Positions 1-8,995 of a stretch of DNA of 15,183 nucleotides are shown here, piece by piece. The first letter of the stretch is position 1, and every line of letters begins with the position of its first letter. This DNA is from a virus (taxonomy: Duplodnaviria; Heunggongvirae; Uroviricota; Caudoviricetes). Made by a program: the position numbers and the translations under genes. Below the pieces are notes generated by a model, which was not told the origin of the DNA, searched no databases, and saw only the letters and a program-made list of their open reading frames with translations. The stretch lies in IMG/VR virus record IMGVR_UViG_2706794678_000013; one strand, given 5' to 3'.

Positions 1-1236
1 CTACGATAACCGCGCATTCAACATGGCTACCTGTTCGTCGTTCATGTCATCAATCCACATACCGTAAATTTCATACACCATCTGCGCAGTTTCATGCCCC
101 ATCTGGCTGGCTATAAACGCCGGGTTCGCTCCTGCCGTCAACAGCCAGCAGGCAAAAGTATGCCGCGTATGGTACGGATTACGGCGGCGAATACCAGCAC
201 GTTTTACTGCTGCATTCCATCTCGCACCCAAACTGCTTACCGAGTAATAAGGTTTCTGTTTTCCGTTACACACTCTGGGCATGAAAACAAAATGCAGTTT
301 TTGCTTTTCGGTTCTGCCGTACTCCCGATGATAAAAAGTGATTTCGCTTTTGCGATGATGCCCGGTCAGTTTGTATTGCTCCTTCAGTGCTTCAAGAGCA
401 GGCTGCAGTAGTGTTACCGTCCGGATCCCCGCATTTGTTTTTGGGGGACCGAACATATCCAGTATCGTCAGGTTTCTTCTGACATTCACAACTCCCTTCT
501 CGAAATCCACATCCTCCCACGCCAGAGCAGCCAGTTCCCCGTGACGAAGCCCGGAGTATACGGCAAATTTCCACAAGTTCTGGCTCTGTCCTTTTTCACT
601 TTCCATTAATGCATTGAATTCTGTTTTAGATAACGGGTCAGGCTTTATTCTGTTTCTCTGTAATTTCTTTACTCCTTCAAATGGTTTGGTTGATATAAAT
701 CCCGACTGATACGCAAAACGTAACAACGAACAGAGCAGGGCGATATAGTTATCAACTGTGCGCACGGTTCTTCCTTTTTTGTTGGATCTTGGATTATCCA
801 GGTAAAGCGTTTCTCCATGCAGCAGTTCATTCCGGTAGTTTAAGATATCGCTATAACGAATATGCGATATCGGAGTACTCTCACAAATTATTATCCTGAG
901 TGTTTTTAATTGTGATTTCGTTTTCTTCATTGTGTTTGTTGTTAACTCTGTTTCTTTAATTTTTGTCCAGATATCACAAAGCTCCCCGAACGTTTTTATG
1001 ACCCTCGTTGTCACCATTTTTGCCCCAGTGCTGGACTGGGGAAAACGTCTTAAATACTCAAACTCACCGGAATTGATTTCATGAACTATCAACGCTCTTA
1101 AATTCCCGGCTTTTTTAATGTTACTGTTAGTAACCTCCCAGCCTTTCAATGTTTCCCGACATCGTTTTCCTCGAAACATGAACCAGATGCGAATGTATTT
1201 ACCTCGAATCTCGACACCTGTTGGTAATTTAGACAT
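1..1236 (-). CDS. intR: Prophage tyrosine integrase (Rac IntR-like), 411 aa; window begins exactly at its stop codon
   Basis: Full-length minus-strand ORF; N-terminus MSKLPTGVEIRGKYIRIWF matches my recollection of Rac IntR; C-terminal catalytic region with HTRHT and YEIYG motifs typical of tyrosine recombinases (R-H-R-Y family). Confidence 0.9.
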   Translation of the reverse strand: MSKLPTGVEIRGKYIRIWFMFRGKRCRETLKGWEVTNSNIKKAGNLRALIVHEINSGEFEYLRRFPQSSTGAKMVTTRVIKTFGELCDIWTKIKETELTTNTMKKTKSQLKTLRIIICESTPISHIRYSDILNYRNELLHGETLYLDNPRSNKKGRTVRTVDNYIALLCSLLRFAYQSGFISTKPFEGVKKLQRNRIKPDPLSKTEFNALMESEKGQSQNLWKFAVYSGLRHGELAALAWEDVDFEKGVVNVRRNLTILDMFGPPKTNAGIRTVTLLQPALEALKEQYKLTGHHRKSEITFYHREYGRTEKQKLHFVFMPRVCNGKQKPYYSVSSLGARWNAAVKRAGIRRRNPYHTRHTFACWLLTAGANPAFIASQMGHETAQMVYEIYGMWIDDMNDEQVAMLNARLS

Positions 1237-1237
1237 A

Positions 1238-1453
1238 TCATGAGTCTTTGATAAACTGATTTATCTTTGGATAGTTATACCAGATAATCCCTCGCTTACT
1301 GTCTGGCTTCCCTAAAGGAGATACTCGTTTGAAGTGGAAGCCTTCCACCCAACAGTTCTGGCGGTATGCTTCAATTTGTCTGGCCCCCAGACCAGTGCGA
1401 AGCATCAGGCCGTATTCAACCATCCACTCTTCATTAAAGATTACTTGTGCCAT
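1238..1453 (-). CDS. xisR: Excisionase-like protein (Rac XisR/YdaQ-like), 71 aa from the [10 protein letters not shown] start
   Basis: Minus ORF immediately upstream of the integrase start (1-nt spacing); sequence [32 protein letters not shown] matches remembered YdaQ; track ORF extends to 1477 but the internal ATG at 1453 gives the 71-aa form. Confidence 0.75.
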   Translation of the reverse strand: MAQVIFNEEWMVEYGLMLRTGLGARQIEAYRQNCWVEGFHFKRVSPLGKPDSKRGIIWYNYPKINQFIKDS

Positions 1454-1552
1454 CGCATCACCTCTGGCAGGCGCCAATGTTAGACTTAAATTGACGCCCG
1501 ATGTTGATTATTAATAATCAGCTATGAAGTTTTAATTTGAATACAATGCAAT

Positions 1553-1762
1553 TCACGAGGACTGAAGTTTCTCGCAATTAAAATTTATCAGTTTTACTTT
1601 CTGCTCTCTGGAAACGCCTGCTTCTTTTTTACCTGAGAGCATTTTTTCGCATTCTGANNNNNNNNNNNNNNNNNNNNNNNNNNNNNNNNNNNNNNNNNNN
1701 NNNNNNNNNNNNNNNNNNNNNNNNNNNNNNNNNNNNNNNNNNNNNNNNNNNNNNNNNNNNNN
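1553..1762 (-). CDS. rcbA: rcbA (ydaC)-like small protein; only the 3' end (1553-1657) is visible, 5' end lies in the N-run; upper coordinate inferred
   Basis: Minus-strand reading frame ending with stop at 1553-1555 (C-terminus ...SECEKMLSGKKEAGVSREQKVKLINFNCEKLQSS); position between xisR and ralR matches Rac gene order. Identity from synteny only. Confidence 0.35.
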   Translation of the reverse strand, partial: XXXXXXXXXXXXXXXXXXXXXXXXXXXXXXXXXXXSECEKMLSGKKEAGVSREQKVKLINFNCEKLQSS

Positions 1763-1967
1763 NNNNNNNNNNNNNNNNNNNNNNNNNNNNNNNNNNNNNN
1801 NNNNNNNNNNNNNNNNNNNNNNNNNNNNNNNNNNNNNNNNNNNNNNNNNNNNNNNNNNNNNNNNNNNNNNNNNNNNNNNNNNNNNNNNNNNNNNNNNNNN
1901 NNNNNNNNNNNNNNNNNNNNNNNNNNNNNNNNNNNNNNNNNNNNNNNNNNNNNNNNNNNNNNNNNNN
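1658..1967. other. Run of 310 N (unresolved or masked bases)
   Basis: Direct observation; hides 3' part of ralR and 5' part of the rcbA-like gene. Confidence 1.
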
Positions 1968-1981
1968 TTGTCATATCTCAT
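1787..1981 (-). CDS. ralR: RalR (Lar) restriction-alleviation / type I toxin, almost entirely masked; only start region MRYD visible; lower coordinate inferred from 64-aa length
   Basis: Visible minus-strand start ATGAGATATGAC (MRYD) at 1981 preceded by in-frame ATG at 1993 (MRKIMRYD); location directly downstream of recT as in Rac. 3' end not visible. Confidence 0.4.
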
Positions 1982-2036
1982 AATTTTTCTCATAAAAATA
2001 TTTCAAGTTGGCGGTGCATTACACCGCCAGGCTGAA

Positions 2037-2846
2037 TTATTCCTCTGAATTATCGATTACACTGTATTCCCCGGTTAATACAGAGGAATCTGCAGGATCG
2101 ATTGTCAGTGGTTCCTTTTCATCCATTGATACTGCACGCTGGATCTCAATTGATACGGGCAGATATTTGAACAGGCGACGAATAGCCGTTTTCTTTGCCA
2201 TTTCTTCCCAGTGAGTTACCCACGGCCCGTTATTACCAGCTTTACTCTGGCTGCGCACCAGCTCAATCTGTTTGCGCGTCATAACTTCAAACTGAGTACC
2301 TCCGTCTTTCAGTCTTGCGACAGCATAGACGTGGGTAACAGGGGCATCTTCGTTTTCTCCTGGGCGGTGTATTAACTTTTCATCAAGGCCAAATTCGAAA
2401 TTAAACTCGTCACCTTCACGGACAACACGGGCTGACAGGCTGGCGATTTGACCTGAACGGCGAGCCAGATCAATCATGCCGCGATAGCCAATGATTAGCT
2501 GAACGTTTTTTTTACCGCTCTTTTCGTTTTTATTACCAAAAGGCAGTAAATATGCATGACCGAGGGCGCTACCGGGCTCAAGTCCGAGCTGTGAACACTG
2601 TACGATTGCACTGACAAAACTCATAGTGTCACAGTTTCCTAACGCCGGAACTTTACGAATTTCTGTGGTGGCGATACGGATCATACGTTCAGCCGTCATA
2701 TGGCGTGGAAGAGCTGCTGCCAGTTGCTCTTTCATTGATGGCTGGTTAATAAAACTAATCACGTCGTTATTTTTAATTGCTGCTGGTGCACGGTTTCCCT
2801 GAGTTTTTTGCAGATCGGCTTTTGCGATTGGTGGTTGCTTAGTCAT
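2037..2846 (-). CDS. recT: RecT single-strand annealing recombinase, 269 aa
   Basis: Minus ORF; sequence from [28 protein letters not shown] matches remembered Rac RecT; start ATG at 2846 overlaps recE stop by 8 nt; upstream in-frame ATG at 2903 rejected. Confidence 0.9.
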   Translation of the reverse strand: MTKQPPIAKADLQKTQGNRAPAAIKNNDVISFINQPSMKEQLAAALPRHMTAERMIRIATTEIRKVPALGNCDTMSFVSAIVQCSQLGLEPGSALGHAYLLPFGNKNEKSGKKNVQLIIGYRGMIDLARRSGQIASLSARVVREGDEFNFEFGLDEKLIHRPGENEDAPVTHVYAVARLKDGGTQFEVMTRKQIELVRSQSKAGNNGPWVTHWEEMAKKTAIRRLFKYLPVSIEIQRAVSMDEKEPLTIDPADSSVLTGEYSVIDNSEE

Positions 2847-5439
2847 TTGCATATTCCTTAGCCCAGCGGGGCAGTGATAACGTCTTAATAGCTGGCCATT
2901 CATCGGTATTGAGGCAGTCAGCCAGGGTTCGCAGATTGCGGTGATATTCCAGCTGACCTGCCAGTTTTGCTTCTTCGCCCATCATGAAAATTTCAACCGG
3001 ATAACGTCCGCATTCAATAGTTGTGCTGGCAACCAGAAAAACGAAAGTTGGCTGCACTCCAAACTGTGCTTCATAACCGTCACTGTAGAATGCATCCTGA
3101 ACGTGATAGCGGTAGTCGTAATAAGCGGTTTTGAATCGTTGAATATCCGCCGTAGTTTTCACGTCCATGATCCAGTGAAATTCAGGGATAATTTTGTCCG
3201 GACGGCACCGACACAAAATTGCTGTTTCAGGATCTTCCCAGTAAATTGATGATTCAGCGTGTCCGGCGCTTTCAACAAGCCATTGCCCCAGCGGCAAAGC
3301 CATAACGCTCTGATACATGAGTTCAATTTTCCGGCCTTCTTCGGCAGTGATAACCGTTTTTCCTGTGCTTGCGCATTCCCTCAGAAACGCTTTCTCTTCT
3401 TCTTTTCCGGAGTTTGTCCGGCGGTTAAATTCAGGTGCTACGATAAAGCGGTTACTGAATTCTTCCGGCTCAAGTACCCGGCAGTGGAAAGCGGTTCCTA
3501 AATCGAGCGTTTTTGTCTTTGTGGTGTCCACGGGGGCATTTTTACGCCACAAATACAGTGCCGGAGTATCAGCAATGTCATCGAGCTGAGACTTACTGAC
3601 ACCGGGACCCGCGTGGTAATTCTCATTCGAAATTCCGTAATAAATACCTGGCTCTATGTCTTCTACGATTACGGGATCTGCGACTTCGCCAGTTTCATCA
3701 CTGCAATCGCGATGCGGATCGCTGCCAGCATTCTCATTGTGCGGATGTTCAGCGCCTTCCATTTCCTCCGGATCATTTTCCTTAGCTTCAACCTGACTCT
3801 CTTCATCGAATGTTTCCTGGTATGTTGCGTCGCCCATCACCGCACCACAGTCAGGGCAGTTATCCCCGCCAGTCTGGCCGCAGGCATTGCAGGCTATTTC
3901 CGGTTCCTGTTGCACTACTGGCTCAGGTTGATTCATATCCGGGCTGGTTTTTTCCGTTTCTGGCTGGTTCTGGTACACACAATCGCGAGTCTGGATCCCC
4001 TTTACCCATTTCGGATCGTTCGGGTCGCTAATTCCGTCAACAAATTCACCACGTGATGCAGCAAGCAATTTATCGGCATCGACAGGATTTTTTGATGGAA
4101 TGTTTTTCCGGGCTTCATGGAGTTCTGCCCGCAGTTCCTGATATTTCGCATCAACAGAATTTACCTGTGACTGAGCATCCAGCGGCTGCGTGTCCTGATG
4201 ATGTTCAGTTGCGTCCGGTTCCATTGTTTCAGCCTCTCCCTGTTCAACTGCCGTTGTTCCAGATGGTTGCGGTTTTTCTTCATCATCCTGTTTTCCTTCT
4301 TCTGTTACTCGCTGCGGCATCGGGGCAGAGGAGCGACCGCAGGCAATATCCACGATTTCCGGATCAGGGTTGGCATGATCGGTTTCAGTCAGTACTTTGT
4401 TCAGATATTCAGTGACGTGCGCGGGGATGACCTCGATCCCAATTGGTGCTTCTTTTACGGACGCAACCACGATGGCGCGGGAATAATCCAGCCCGCCAGG
4501 CATGGTGATGAATTTGTCGCGGAAAACAGAAAAGGGCGGTTTATTTTCAGCGATAATTTCCTCAATGCGTTTAGCGTGTGCCGGATGAAGGTTATAGATG
4601 TCCAGATCCATTGAACGGGCCAGTACGCCAGTGGCTACGTCCCGCGCCAGTGACGTCAGATCGTGTACGAAACCTTCGCCGCGATCGGTGAGGTTTCCGC
4701 CGCCAGCATTAGCACCGGAAGCCGTGCGAGTGATGTGTGAAACACGATTACCCTTCATCCACTCTTTTGTCAGCAGTCCTCGATCGGTGTAGTCAGCGTT
4801 CAGGTATGCTTCGAAAAAAGCAGTTATCAGTCCCAGGTTTGAATTACCAGGATTAGGGAAAACTTTGTCAGTGTCACGAACCAGTTTGTGGAGTTCGCGA
4901 ATTTCCAGCGGGTCGAGCAGGCTGGTTTTGTGGGAAACAGCCAGGGCAGTAACAGCCGGTAGTTCTTCAGCCCGAGCAATGTGTAATGCCTGGAGTCCGT
5001 CGCGTGAAACGTGCGTTACCGGTTTTTCGCTGCCGTGTTGAGCAAGCCAACGAATGGGCAGTTCCTGGCCAGAAATTGGGAGTAGCATATTCTCCTCAAT
5101 CTCAGTCATGTCTTCGCCGTTGACGTTGGTATTGCCTTGATAGTGAGCGTTGTCTGGTGCTGCTCCCGGTTTTAGTTCCCATGTCATGGAGTCTTTGCTG
5201 AGTTGATAGCGTTCACTCCAGGTAAAATCGATCTCACCTTCAGCGGGCAGGTCATTAACGACAGGAAAATTCGTGGCAACAGCTTTAAAATAGCTGCTCA
5301 GTTTTTTACCTGACTTAACGANNNNNNNNNNNNNNNNNNNNNNNNNNNNNNNNNNNNNNNNNNNNNNNNNNNNNNNNNNNNNNNNNNNNNNNNNNNNNNN
5401 NNNNNNNNNNNNNNNNNNNNNNNNNNNNNNNNNNNNNNN
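2839..5439 (-). CDS. recE: RecE exonuclease VIII; 5' end (about 39 codons) lies inside the N-run, start coordinate inferred from 866-aa length
   Basis: Minus ORF with no stop between 2839 and the N-run at 5322; visible sequence ...[61 protein letters not shown] matches remembered RecE; C-terminal exonuclease domain, internal Cys cluster [16 protein letters not shown]. Track ORF start at 5187 is only the first internal Met. Confidence 0.85.
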   Translation of the reverse strand, partial: XXXXXXXXXXXXXXXXXXXXXXXXXXXXXXXXXXXXXXXXVKSGKKLSSYFKAVATNFPVVNDLPAEGEIDFTWSERYQLSKDSMTWELKPGAAPDNAHYQGNTNVNGEDMTEIEENMLLPISGQELPIRWLAQHGSEKPVTHVSRDGLQALHIARAEELPAVTALAVSHKTSLLDPLEIRELHKLVRDTDKVFPNPGNSNLGLITAFFEAYLNADYTDRGLLTKEWMKGNRVSHITRTASGANAGGGNLTDRGEGFVHDLTSLARDVATGVLARSMDLDIYNLHPAHAKRIEEIIAENKPPFSVFRDKFITMPGGLDYSRAIVVASVKEAPIGIEVIPAHVTEYLNKVLTETDHANPDPEIVDIACGRSSAPMPQRVTEEGKQDDEEKPQPSGTTAVEQGEAETMEPDATEHHQDTQPLDAQSQVNSVDAKYQELRAELHEARKNIPSKNPVDADKLLAASRGEFVDGISDPNDPKWVKGIQTRDCVYQNQPETEKTSPDMNQPEPVVQQEPEIACNACGQTGGDNCPDCGAVMGDATYQETFDEESQVEAKENDPEEMEGAEHPHNENAGSDPHRDCSDETGEVADPVIVEDIEPGIYYGISNENYHAGPGVSKSQLDDIADTPALYLWRKNAPVDTTKTKTLDLGTAFHCRVLEPEEFSNRFIVAPEFNRRTNSGKEEEKAFLRECASTGKTVITAEEGRKIELMYQSVMALPLGQWLVESAGHAESSIYWEDPETAILCRCRPDKIIPEFHWIMDVKTTADIQRFKTAYYDYRYHVQDAFYSDGYEAQFGVQPTFVFLVASTTIECGRYPVEIFMMGEEAKLAGQLEYHRNLRTLADCLNTDEWPAIKTLSLPRWAKEYAND

Positions 5440-5580
5440 NNNNNNNNNNNNNNNNNNNNNNNNNNNNNNNNNNNNNNNNNNNNNNNNNNNNNNNNNNNNN
5501 NNNNNNNNNNNNNNNNNNNNNNNNNNNNNNNNNNNNNNNNNNNNNNNNNNNNNNNNNNNNNNNNNNNNNNNNNNNNNNNN
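5322..5580. other. Run of 259 N (unresolved or masked bases)
   Basis: Direct observation; hides recE start, the racC-recE intergenic region and racC stop. Confidence 1.
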
Positions 5581-5827
5581 TTAGAGTTGCCAGAAATTCG
5601 GCTTTTTTTTCTGCGGGCAGATTCTTTCCGATATGCACCAGGCACATTTTTTTGACACCTTCATCAAGTGTTTTTACGTTGCCTGATGGACCATCGATAT
5701 CAACCACAGTGAATGGGGTTTCTTTATTTTCTGTTTTAATTACGTAGCCAATGCGCTTTCCTTCCAGATTCACCTCGTGAACAATGTCATCGGTAGTTAC
5801 AACAGTGGCTTCATAATTGGTAATCAT
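5552..5827 (-). CDS. racC: RacC, small prophage protein (about 91 aa); 3' end inside N-run, lower coordinate inferred
   Basis: Minus ORF from ATG at 5827 (MITNYEATVVTTDDIVHEVNLEGKRIGYVIKTENKETPF...) with AAGGAGA Shine-Dalgarno 5-6 nt upstream; matches remembered RacC. Confidence 0.75.
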
Positions 5828-5901
5828 GTTTTTCTCCTTAATTAAGGTTGAGCGAATACCTGCCATTTCTGGCATAAATTCAGTTTCGAATAGTCAATTA
5901 A

Positions 5902-6072
5902 TTAAAGTTCATGTGCCATCTGGTCTTTTTCGGCACAAGCTTCACTGCAATATTTTCTCGGTTCGTCTTTTGATAAAATCCCGTGCATGAAGTGAAGCAT
6001 TCTTTCAATAGCTTTGCTTTCTTCAACGTCTTTTTTGCAAAGGTGGTAAGCACATTTTATTTTCTTAGTCAT
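5902..6072 (-). CDS. ydaE: YdaE-like small Cys/His-rich (putative zinc-binding) protein, 56 aa; not in the supplied ORF track (below length cut-off)
   Basis: Read by hand on minus strand: [56 protein letters not shown], stop TAA at 5902-5904; start ATG overlaps kilR stop (ATGA). Confidence 0.7.
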   Translation of the reverse strand: MTKKIKCAYHLCKKDVEESKAIERMLHFMHGILSKDEPRKYCSEACAEKDQMAHEL

Positions 6073-6293
6073 CACCATGACTCCGCCTTTACAGGTAAAC
6101 CATCACGACCGAGGAAGACTTTAATCATGCGGTCAGTAATGCATGTTTTTGTGGTCAGGTTACGAATATATAGTTTTCGCTTTTTAATATTGTTTGCCGA
6201 GGCAATATATGTCCGGCCTTCATGAAGAACATAATCGCCAGGAGTCACACACTGACGTGGTATTTCATCAGTTCCGAAGTGATGTGCAATCAT
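6072..6293 (-). CDS. kilR: KilR (YdaD) cell-division inhibitor / killing protein, 73 aa
   Basis: Minus ORF; [73 protein letters not shown] matches remembered KilR; start at 6293 with GGAGA RBS (the upstream ATG at 6305 sits inside the RBS). Confidence 0.8.
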   Translation of the reverse strand: MIAHHFGTDEIPRQCVTPGDYVLHEGRTYIASANNIKKRKLYIRNLTTKTCITDRMIKVFLGRDGLPVKAESW

Positions 6294-6465
6294 AATTATC
6301 TCCATTTTTACAAATGAACTTTGTTGATGCGGTGCCTGGTGCCTCCAGGTGACTGCAACCAGTTAACAATTACAGTCGGCTTTCCCACCCAAACCAATAA
6401 GGACTAACATGACTTTTAACTGTGCCACGTGCGCTTAGCCGCATTCACCGCATCACAAAATTCAC

Positions 6466-6516
6466 TTTAAAAAGGGCGGACATCAGCCGAACTTCAAGAA
6501 AAAAACTGATGCCGCC
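6466..6516 (-). terminator. Possible leftward intrinsic terminator or RNA hairpin in the kilR-sieB intergenic region
   Basis: Inverted repeat GGCGGACATCAG (6475-6486) / CTGATGCCGCC (6506-6516) with an 18-nt loop; on the minus strand the stem is followed by CTTTTTAAA (6466-6474). Seen by eye only. Confidence 0.25.
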
Positions 6517-6734
6517 AGGACTACACACAGCAATGTCGTTATTTACAACCGGAGGCGCACTCCCACCATTTAAATTTAACAGACAAGACCGACTCTTTAT
6601 GGATATCGGAAATGCGCCTTCGTGTTGTGCCCGGTTTTATTTCACCACCTCCGGGCTTCGGTGGTCTCGGCTATACCCCTACAGCGAGAGCTTGTGTTAA
6701 CATTTCAATACCCTTACAGTTGAGAGTTATTGAT

Positions 6735-7223
6735 ATGTTGGATGTATTTACTCCATTGTTGAAACTTTTTGCTAACGAGCCACTCGAAATACTTATGTAT
6801 ACGATTATCATTTTTGGTCTCACTCTCTGGCTGATACCGAAAGAGTTTACTGTCGCATTCAATGCTTATACTGAAATACCTTGGCTCTTTCAGATTATCG
6901 TTTTTGCCTTTTCTTTCGTGGTCGCCATTTCCTTCTCAAGATTGCGAGCACATATTCAAAAGCATTATTCATTACTACCAGAGCAACGAGTATTGCTTCG
7001 TTTATCTGAGAAAGAAATCGCTGTATTTAAAGATTTCCTTAAAACAGGAAATCTTATTATCACTTCTCCTTGCCGTAACCCGGTTATGAAAAAATTAGAA
7101 CGGAAGGGCATCATTCAACATCAGAGTGATAGCGCAAACTGTTCTTATTATCTCGTCACCGAAAAATACTCCCATTTTATGAAGTTATTCTGGAACAGCA
7201 GGAGTAGACGTTTTAATCGTTAG
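6735..7223 (+). CDS. sieB: SieB superinfection-exclusion (abortive infection) membrane protein, 162 aa
   Basis: Plus ORF from ATG 6735 with GAGAG RBS 8 nt upstream; MLDVFTPLLKLFANEPLEILMYTIIIFGLTLWLIPKEF... hydrophobic N-terminus; matches remembered Rac SieB. The 41-codon upstream extension from 6612 is Pro/Gly-rich and lacks an RBS. Confidence 0.85.
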   Translation: MLDVFTPLLKLFANEPLEILMYTIIIFGLTLWLIPKEFTVAFNAYTEIPWLFQIIVFAFSFVVAISFSRLRAHIQKHYSLLPEQRVLLRLSEKEIAVFKDFLKTGNLIITSPCRNPVMKKLERKGIIQHQSDSANCSYYLVTEKYSHFMKLFWNSRSRRFNR

Positions 7224-7375
7224 CTTACTGTGTGCTTCTCCAACCATCGGCGCGCACCAGTTTCGGTTTTAAATGTTTTGCTTTTGGTATACGTCATGGC
7301 AGTGAACGTTCCATCCTGGTTGGGGAACACGCCGCACACCAGGGATTCGTTGTTGCCGAGGTCGATTTTTTGCAT
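7220..7375 (-). CDS. ydaF: YdaF-like small protein, 51 aa; not in supplied ORF track
   Basis: Read by hand on minus strand: MQKIDLGNNESLVCGVFPNQDGTFTAMTYTKSKTFKTETGARRWLEKHTVS, stop TAA at 7220-7222; convergent 4-nt overlap with sieB stop. Confidence 0.65.
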   Translation of the reverse strand: MQKIDLGNNESLVCGVFPNQDGTFTAMTYTKSKTFKTETGARRWLEKHTVS

Positions 7376-7385
7376 TTTGCGAATC

Positions 7386-7520
7386 TCACATCTTGTTGCT
7401 GTGTATAGCGACTTCTGCCTGCCAGAGATCCCAGTCGTTGCTGCGTAAAGCCTGCACAGCCTGGTTGTAAGTGATACCGCAACAATCCATCAAATACTGA
7501 ACTACTTCGTAATGCACCAT
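7386..7520 (-). CDS. ydaG: YdaG-like small protein, 44 aa
   Basis: Minus ORF; internal start at 7520 (MVHYEVVQYLMDCCGITYNQAVQALRSNDWDLWQAEVAIHSNKM) preceded by GGGGAGAG RBS; first gene of the leftward operon. Confidence 0.7.
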   Translation of the reverse strand: MVHYEVVQYLMDCCGITYNQAVQALRSNDWDLWQAEVAIHSNKM

Positions 7521-7684
7521 CTTATCTCTCCCCTTAACGCCGGGTGGCGGAACTGAAACCTGCTGCACTGCAAAATCTGAACCCTGCCGTCATGTTCATA
7601 CGCCTCGGGCTGGCTACTTAACCCCTGACCACTGCCTGGTAACTCGAAGTATTGCCCTGCGTTCTGTGGGGCGGGGTGGGTTGG

Positions 7685-7740
7685 TAGGTATATAATGTAC
7701 TTTGTGTTCATTGATGTAAAGTACTATAAGTACATTTTGT
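7685..7740 (-). promoter_or_regulatory. Putative leftward early promoter/operator region (OL/pL analogue) downstream of racR stop
   Basis: AT-rich block with ATGTAC / GTAC repeats (aatgtac 7694-7700, gtac 7721-7724, gtacat 7730-7735) and the inverted pair GTACTTT...AAAGTAC; minus-strand TTTACA (7720-7715) with TTATAT/CATTAT -10-like hexamers 15-19 nt downstream. Same ATGTAC motif recurs in the racR-ydaS intergenic region. Confidence 0.35.
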
Positions 7741-7810
7741 GTGTAAAAAAATGAGATGGGATAAAGTGAAGCACAAACCCGGAGGGGGACGCTACCGGAT
7801 TTATGCTGGT

Positions 7811-8230
7811 TTAAGAGGCTTTTTGTTTTTTCTTTCGTGCTAGCTCTTCGTAAATTGCATTGTACTTCTGTTTTTTCTCCTCAAGAGTTTTTAAAAGTTC
7901 ATCTGTCTCACTGTCAGGGAGCTCGTCCAGAAGGTCAATGATGATTTTTTGTCTTGGATTTAACTCCTGATAGAAACGTACCTGTCCACTTTCTTCTGTA
8001 TCCTCTCCCAAAAGATAGGTTGGTGTTGTTCCAATGAGTGTTGCTAATTCCCTTAATTTCTCTCGGCGAGGAATTGTTTCGCCATTAAACCATTTGCTAA
8101 CCGCTTTTGGTGTTAATTTCATTCGACGGGCAATTTCTGCCTGCCTTCCATGTTGTTCATAACCAGCGTTTTCACAGGCTAGCGCAAGCCTACTGGCGAA
8201 CTCTTTACGCGCTTTATCTTCATGAACCAT
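7811..8230 (-). CDS. racR: RacR prophage repressor, HTH XRE-family (CI-like), 139 aa from ATG 8230 (alternative GTG start at 8248 gives 145 aa)
   Basis: Minus ORF; helix-turn-helix QAEIARRMKLTPKAVSKWFNGETIPRREKLRELATLIGTTPTYLLGED; divergently oriented to ydaS as expected for a repressor/cro pair. Track start at 8248 is a GTG codon. Confidence 0.8.
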   Translation of the reverse strand: MVHEDKARKEFASRLALACENAGYEQHGRQAEIARRMKLTPKAVSKWFNGETIPRREKLRELATLIGTTPTYLLGEDTEESGQVRFYQELNPRQKIIIDLLDELPDSETDELLKTLEEKKQKYNAIYEELARKKKQKAS

Positions 8231-8309
8231 AAGTTCAATGATATTCACTCTTGAATGTACTGTCAGTTCTGTTATAGCATGTACTCAAAGTTCACATTGT
8301 GAGGGTGAT
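8231..8309. promoter_or_regulatory. Divergent racR / ydaS promoter-operator region (OR analogue)
   Basis: 79-bp intergenic region between divergent start codons; repeated ATGTAC motif (8255-8260, 8279-8284), inverted repeat TTCAA(8234-8238)/TTGAA(8251-8255); plus-strand TTGAAT (8251-8256) -16 nt- TATAGC (8273-8278) as a candidate rightward promoter. Confidence 0.4.
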
Positions 8310-8564
8310 ATGAACCAGAAAACACTTGAAGATGTAATCAAAACTGTTCGCGTTTCTGTTGTGGCCGACGTTTGTGGTGTCAGCCAAAGAGCAATCTACA
8401 AATGGATGGATAACGGAAAATTGCCTCGCACAGAATATACCGGCGAAACAAATTACGCTGAAAAAATCGCTCATGCATCAAACGGATTATTTTCTGCTGA
8501 TGTAATTTTAACTATTGGCAGAAATAAAACTACTACGAAAAAGCTGATGGGAGTTGATTCATGA
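8310..8564 (+). CDS. ydaS: YdaS, Cro-like HTH DNA-binding protein, 84 aa
   Basis: Plus ORF from ATG 8310 with GAGGGTGA RBS; HTH VADVCGVSQRAIYKWMDNGKLP; stop overlaps ydaT start (ATGA). Confidence 0.8.
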   Translation: MNQKTLEDVIKTVRVSVVADVCGVSQRAIYKWMDNGKLPRTEYTGETNYAEKIAHASNGLFSADVILTIGRNKTTTKKLMGVDS

Positions 8565-8983
8565 AAATCAAGCATGAGCACATCGAGTCAGTGTTGTTAG
8601 CCCTGGCAGCCGAAAAAGGGCAGGCATGGGTAGCCAATGCCATTACTGAAGAATATCTGCGCCAGGGGGGCGGCGAATTGCCCCTGGTACCAGGCAAGGA
8701 CTGGAATAATCAGCAGAATATCTATCACCGTTGGTTGAAAGGTGAAACGAAAACGCAAAGAGAAAAAATTCAGAAGCTGATCCCAGCAATTCTGGCAATC
8801 CTTCCGCGCGAGCTGCGTCACCGACTCTGCATCTTCGATACCCTGGAACGCCGTGCATTACTGGCGGCGCAGGAAGCGTTAAGTACGGCAATTGATGCGC
8901 ATGATGATGCAGTCCAAGCCGTTTACCGGAAAGCGCATTTCAGCGGCGGCGGGTCTTCCGACGATTCTGTCATTGTTCATTAA
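8561..8983 (+). CDS. ydaT: YdaT (CII-like regulator, reported toxic on overexpression), 140 aa
   Basis: Plus ORF MKIKHEHIESVLLALAAEKGQAWVANAITEEYLRQGGGELPL...; translationally coupled to ydaS; matches remembered Rac YdaT. Confidence 0.85.
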   Translation: MKIKHEHIESVLLALAAEKGQAWVANAITEEYLRQGGGELPLVPGKDWNNQQNIYHRWLKGETKTQREKIQKLIPAILAILPRELRHRLCIFDTLERRALLAAQEALSTAIDAHDDAVQAVYRKAHFSGGGSSDDSVIVH

Positions 8984-8995
8984 GCAAAAGTTTCC

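Noticed and set aside
1594-1974. Minus-strand ORF spanning the first N-run in a different frame from ralR
   Set aside because: Defined almost entirely by Ns; frame conflicts with the recognisable ralR start.
2941-4792. Several plus-strand ORFs of 60-147 aa (2941-3249, 3259-3501, 3317-3589, 3613-4056, 3810-4031, 4053-4415, 4198-4614, 4598-4792)
   Set aside because: All lie antisense within recE, have no RBS and give low-complexity translations; recE is a confident call on the opposite strand.
5983-6225. Plus-strand 80-aa ORF
   Set aside because: Antisense to ydaE and kilR, which are supported by RBS and recognisable sequence.
6422-6700. Plus-strand 92-aa ORF in the kilR-sieB intergenic region
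   Set aside because: No RBS, overlaps the hairpin region, composition not protein-like; region more plausibly regulatory.
6612-6734. In-frame 41-codon N-terminal extension of sieB from ATG 6612
   Set aside because: Pro/Gly-rich, no RBS, whereas ATG 6735 has a GAGAG RBS and yields the expected 162-aa SieB.
7502-7711. Minus-strand 69-aa ORF between ydaG and racR
   Set aside because: Starts inside the putative operator/promoter, has no RBS, overlaps the ydaG start in another frame; translation is not protein-like.
8238-8309. Upstream extension of ydaS from 8238
   Set aside because: Would overlap the divergent promoter and racR start; ATG 8310 has a strong RBS.
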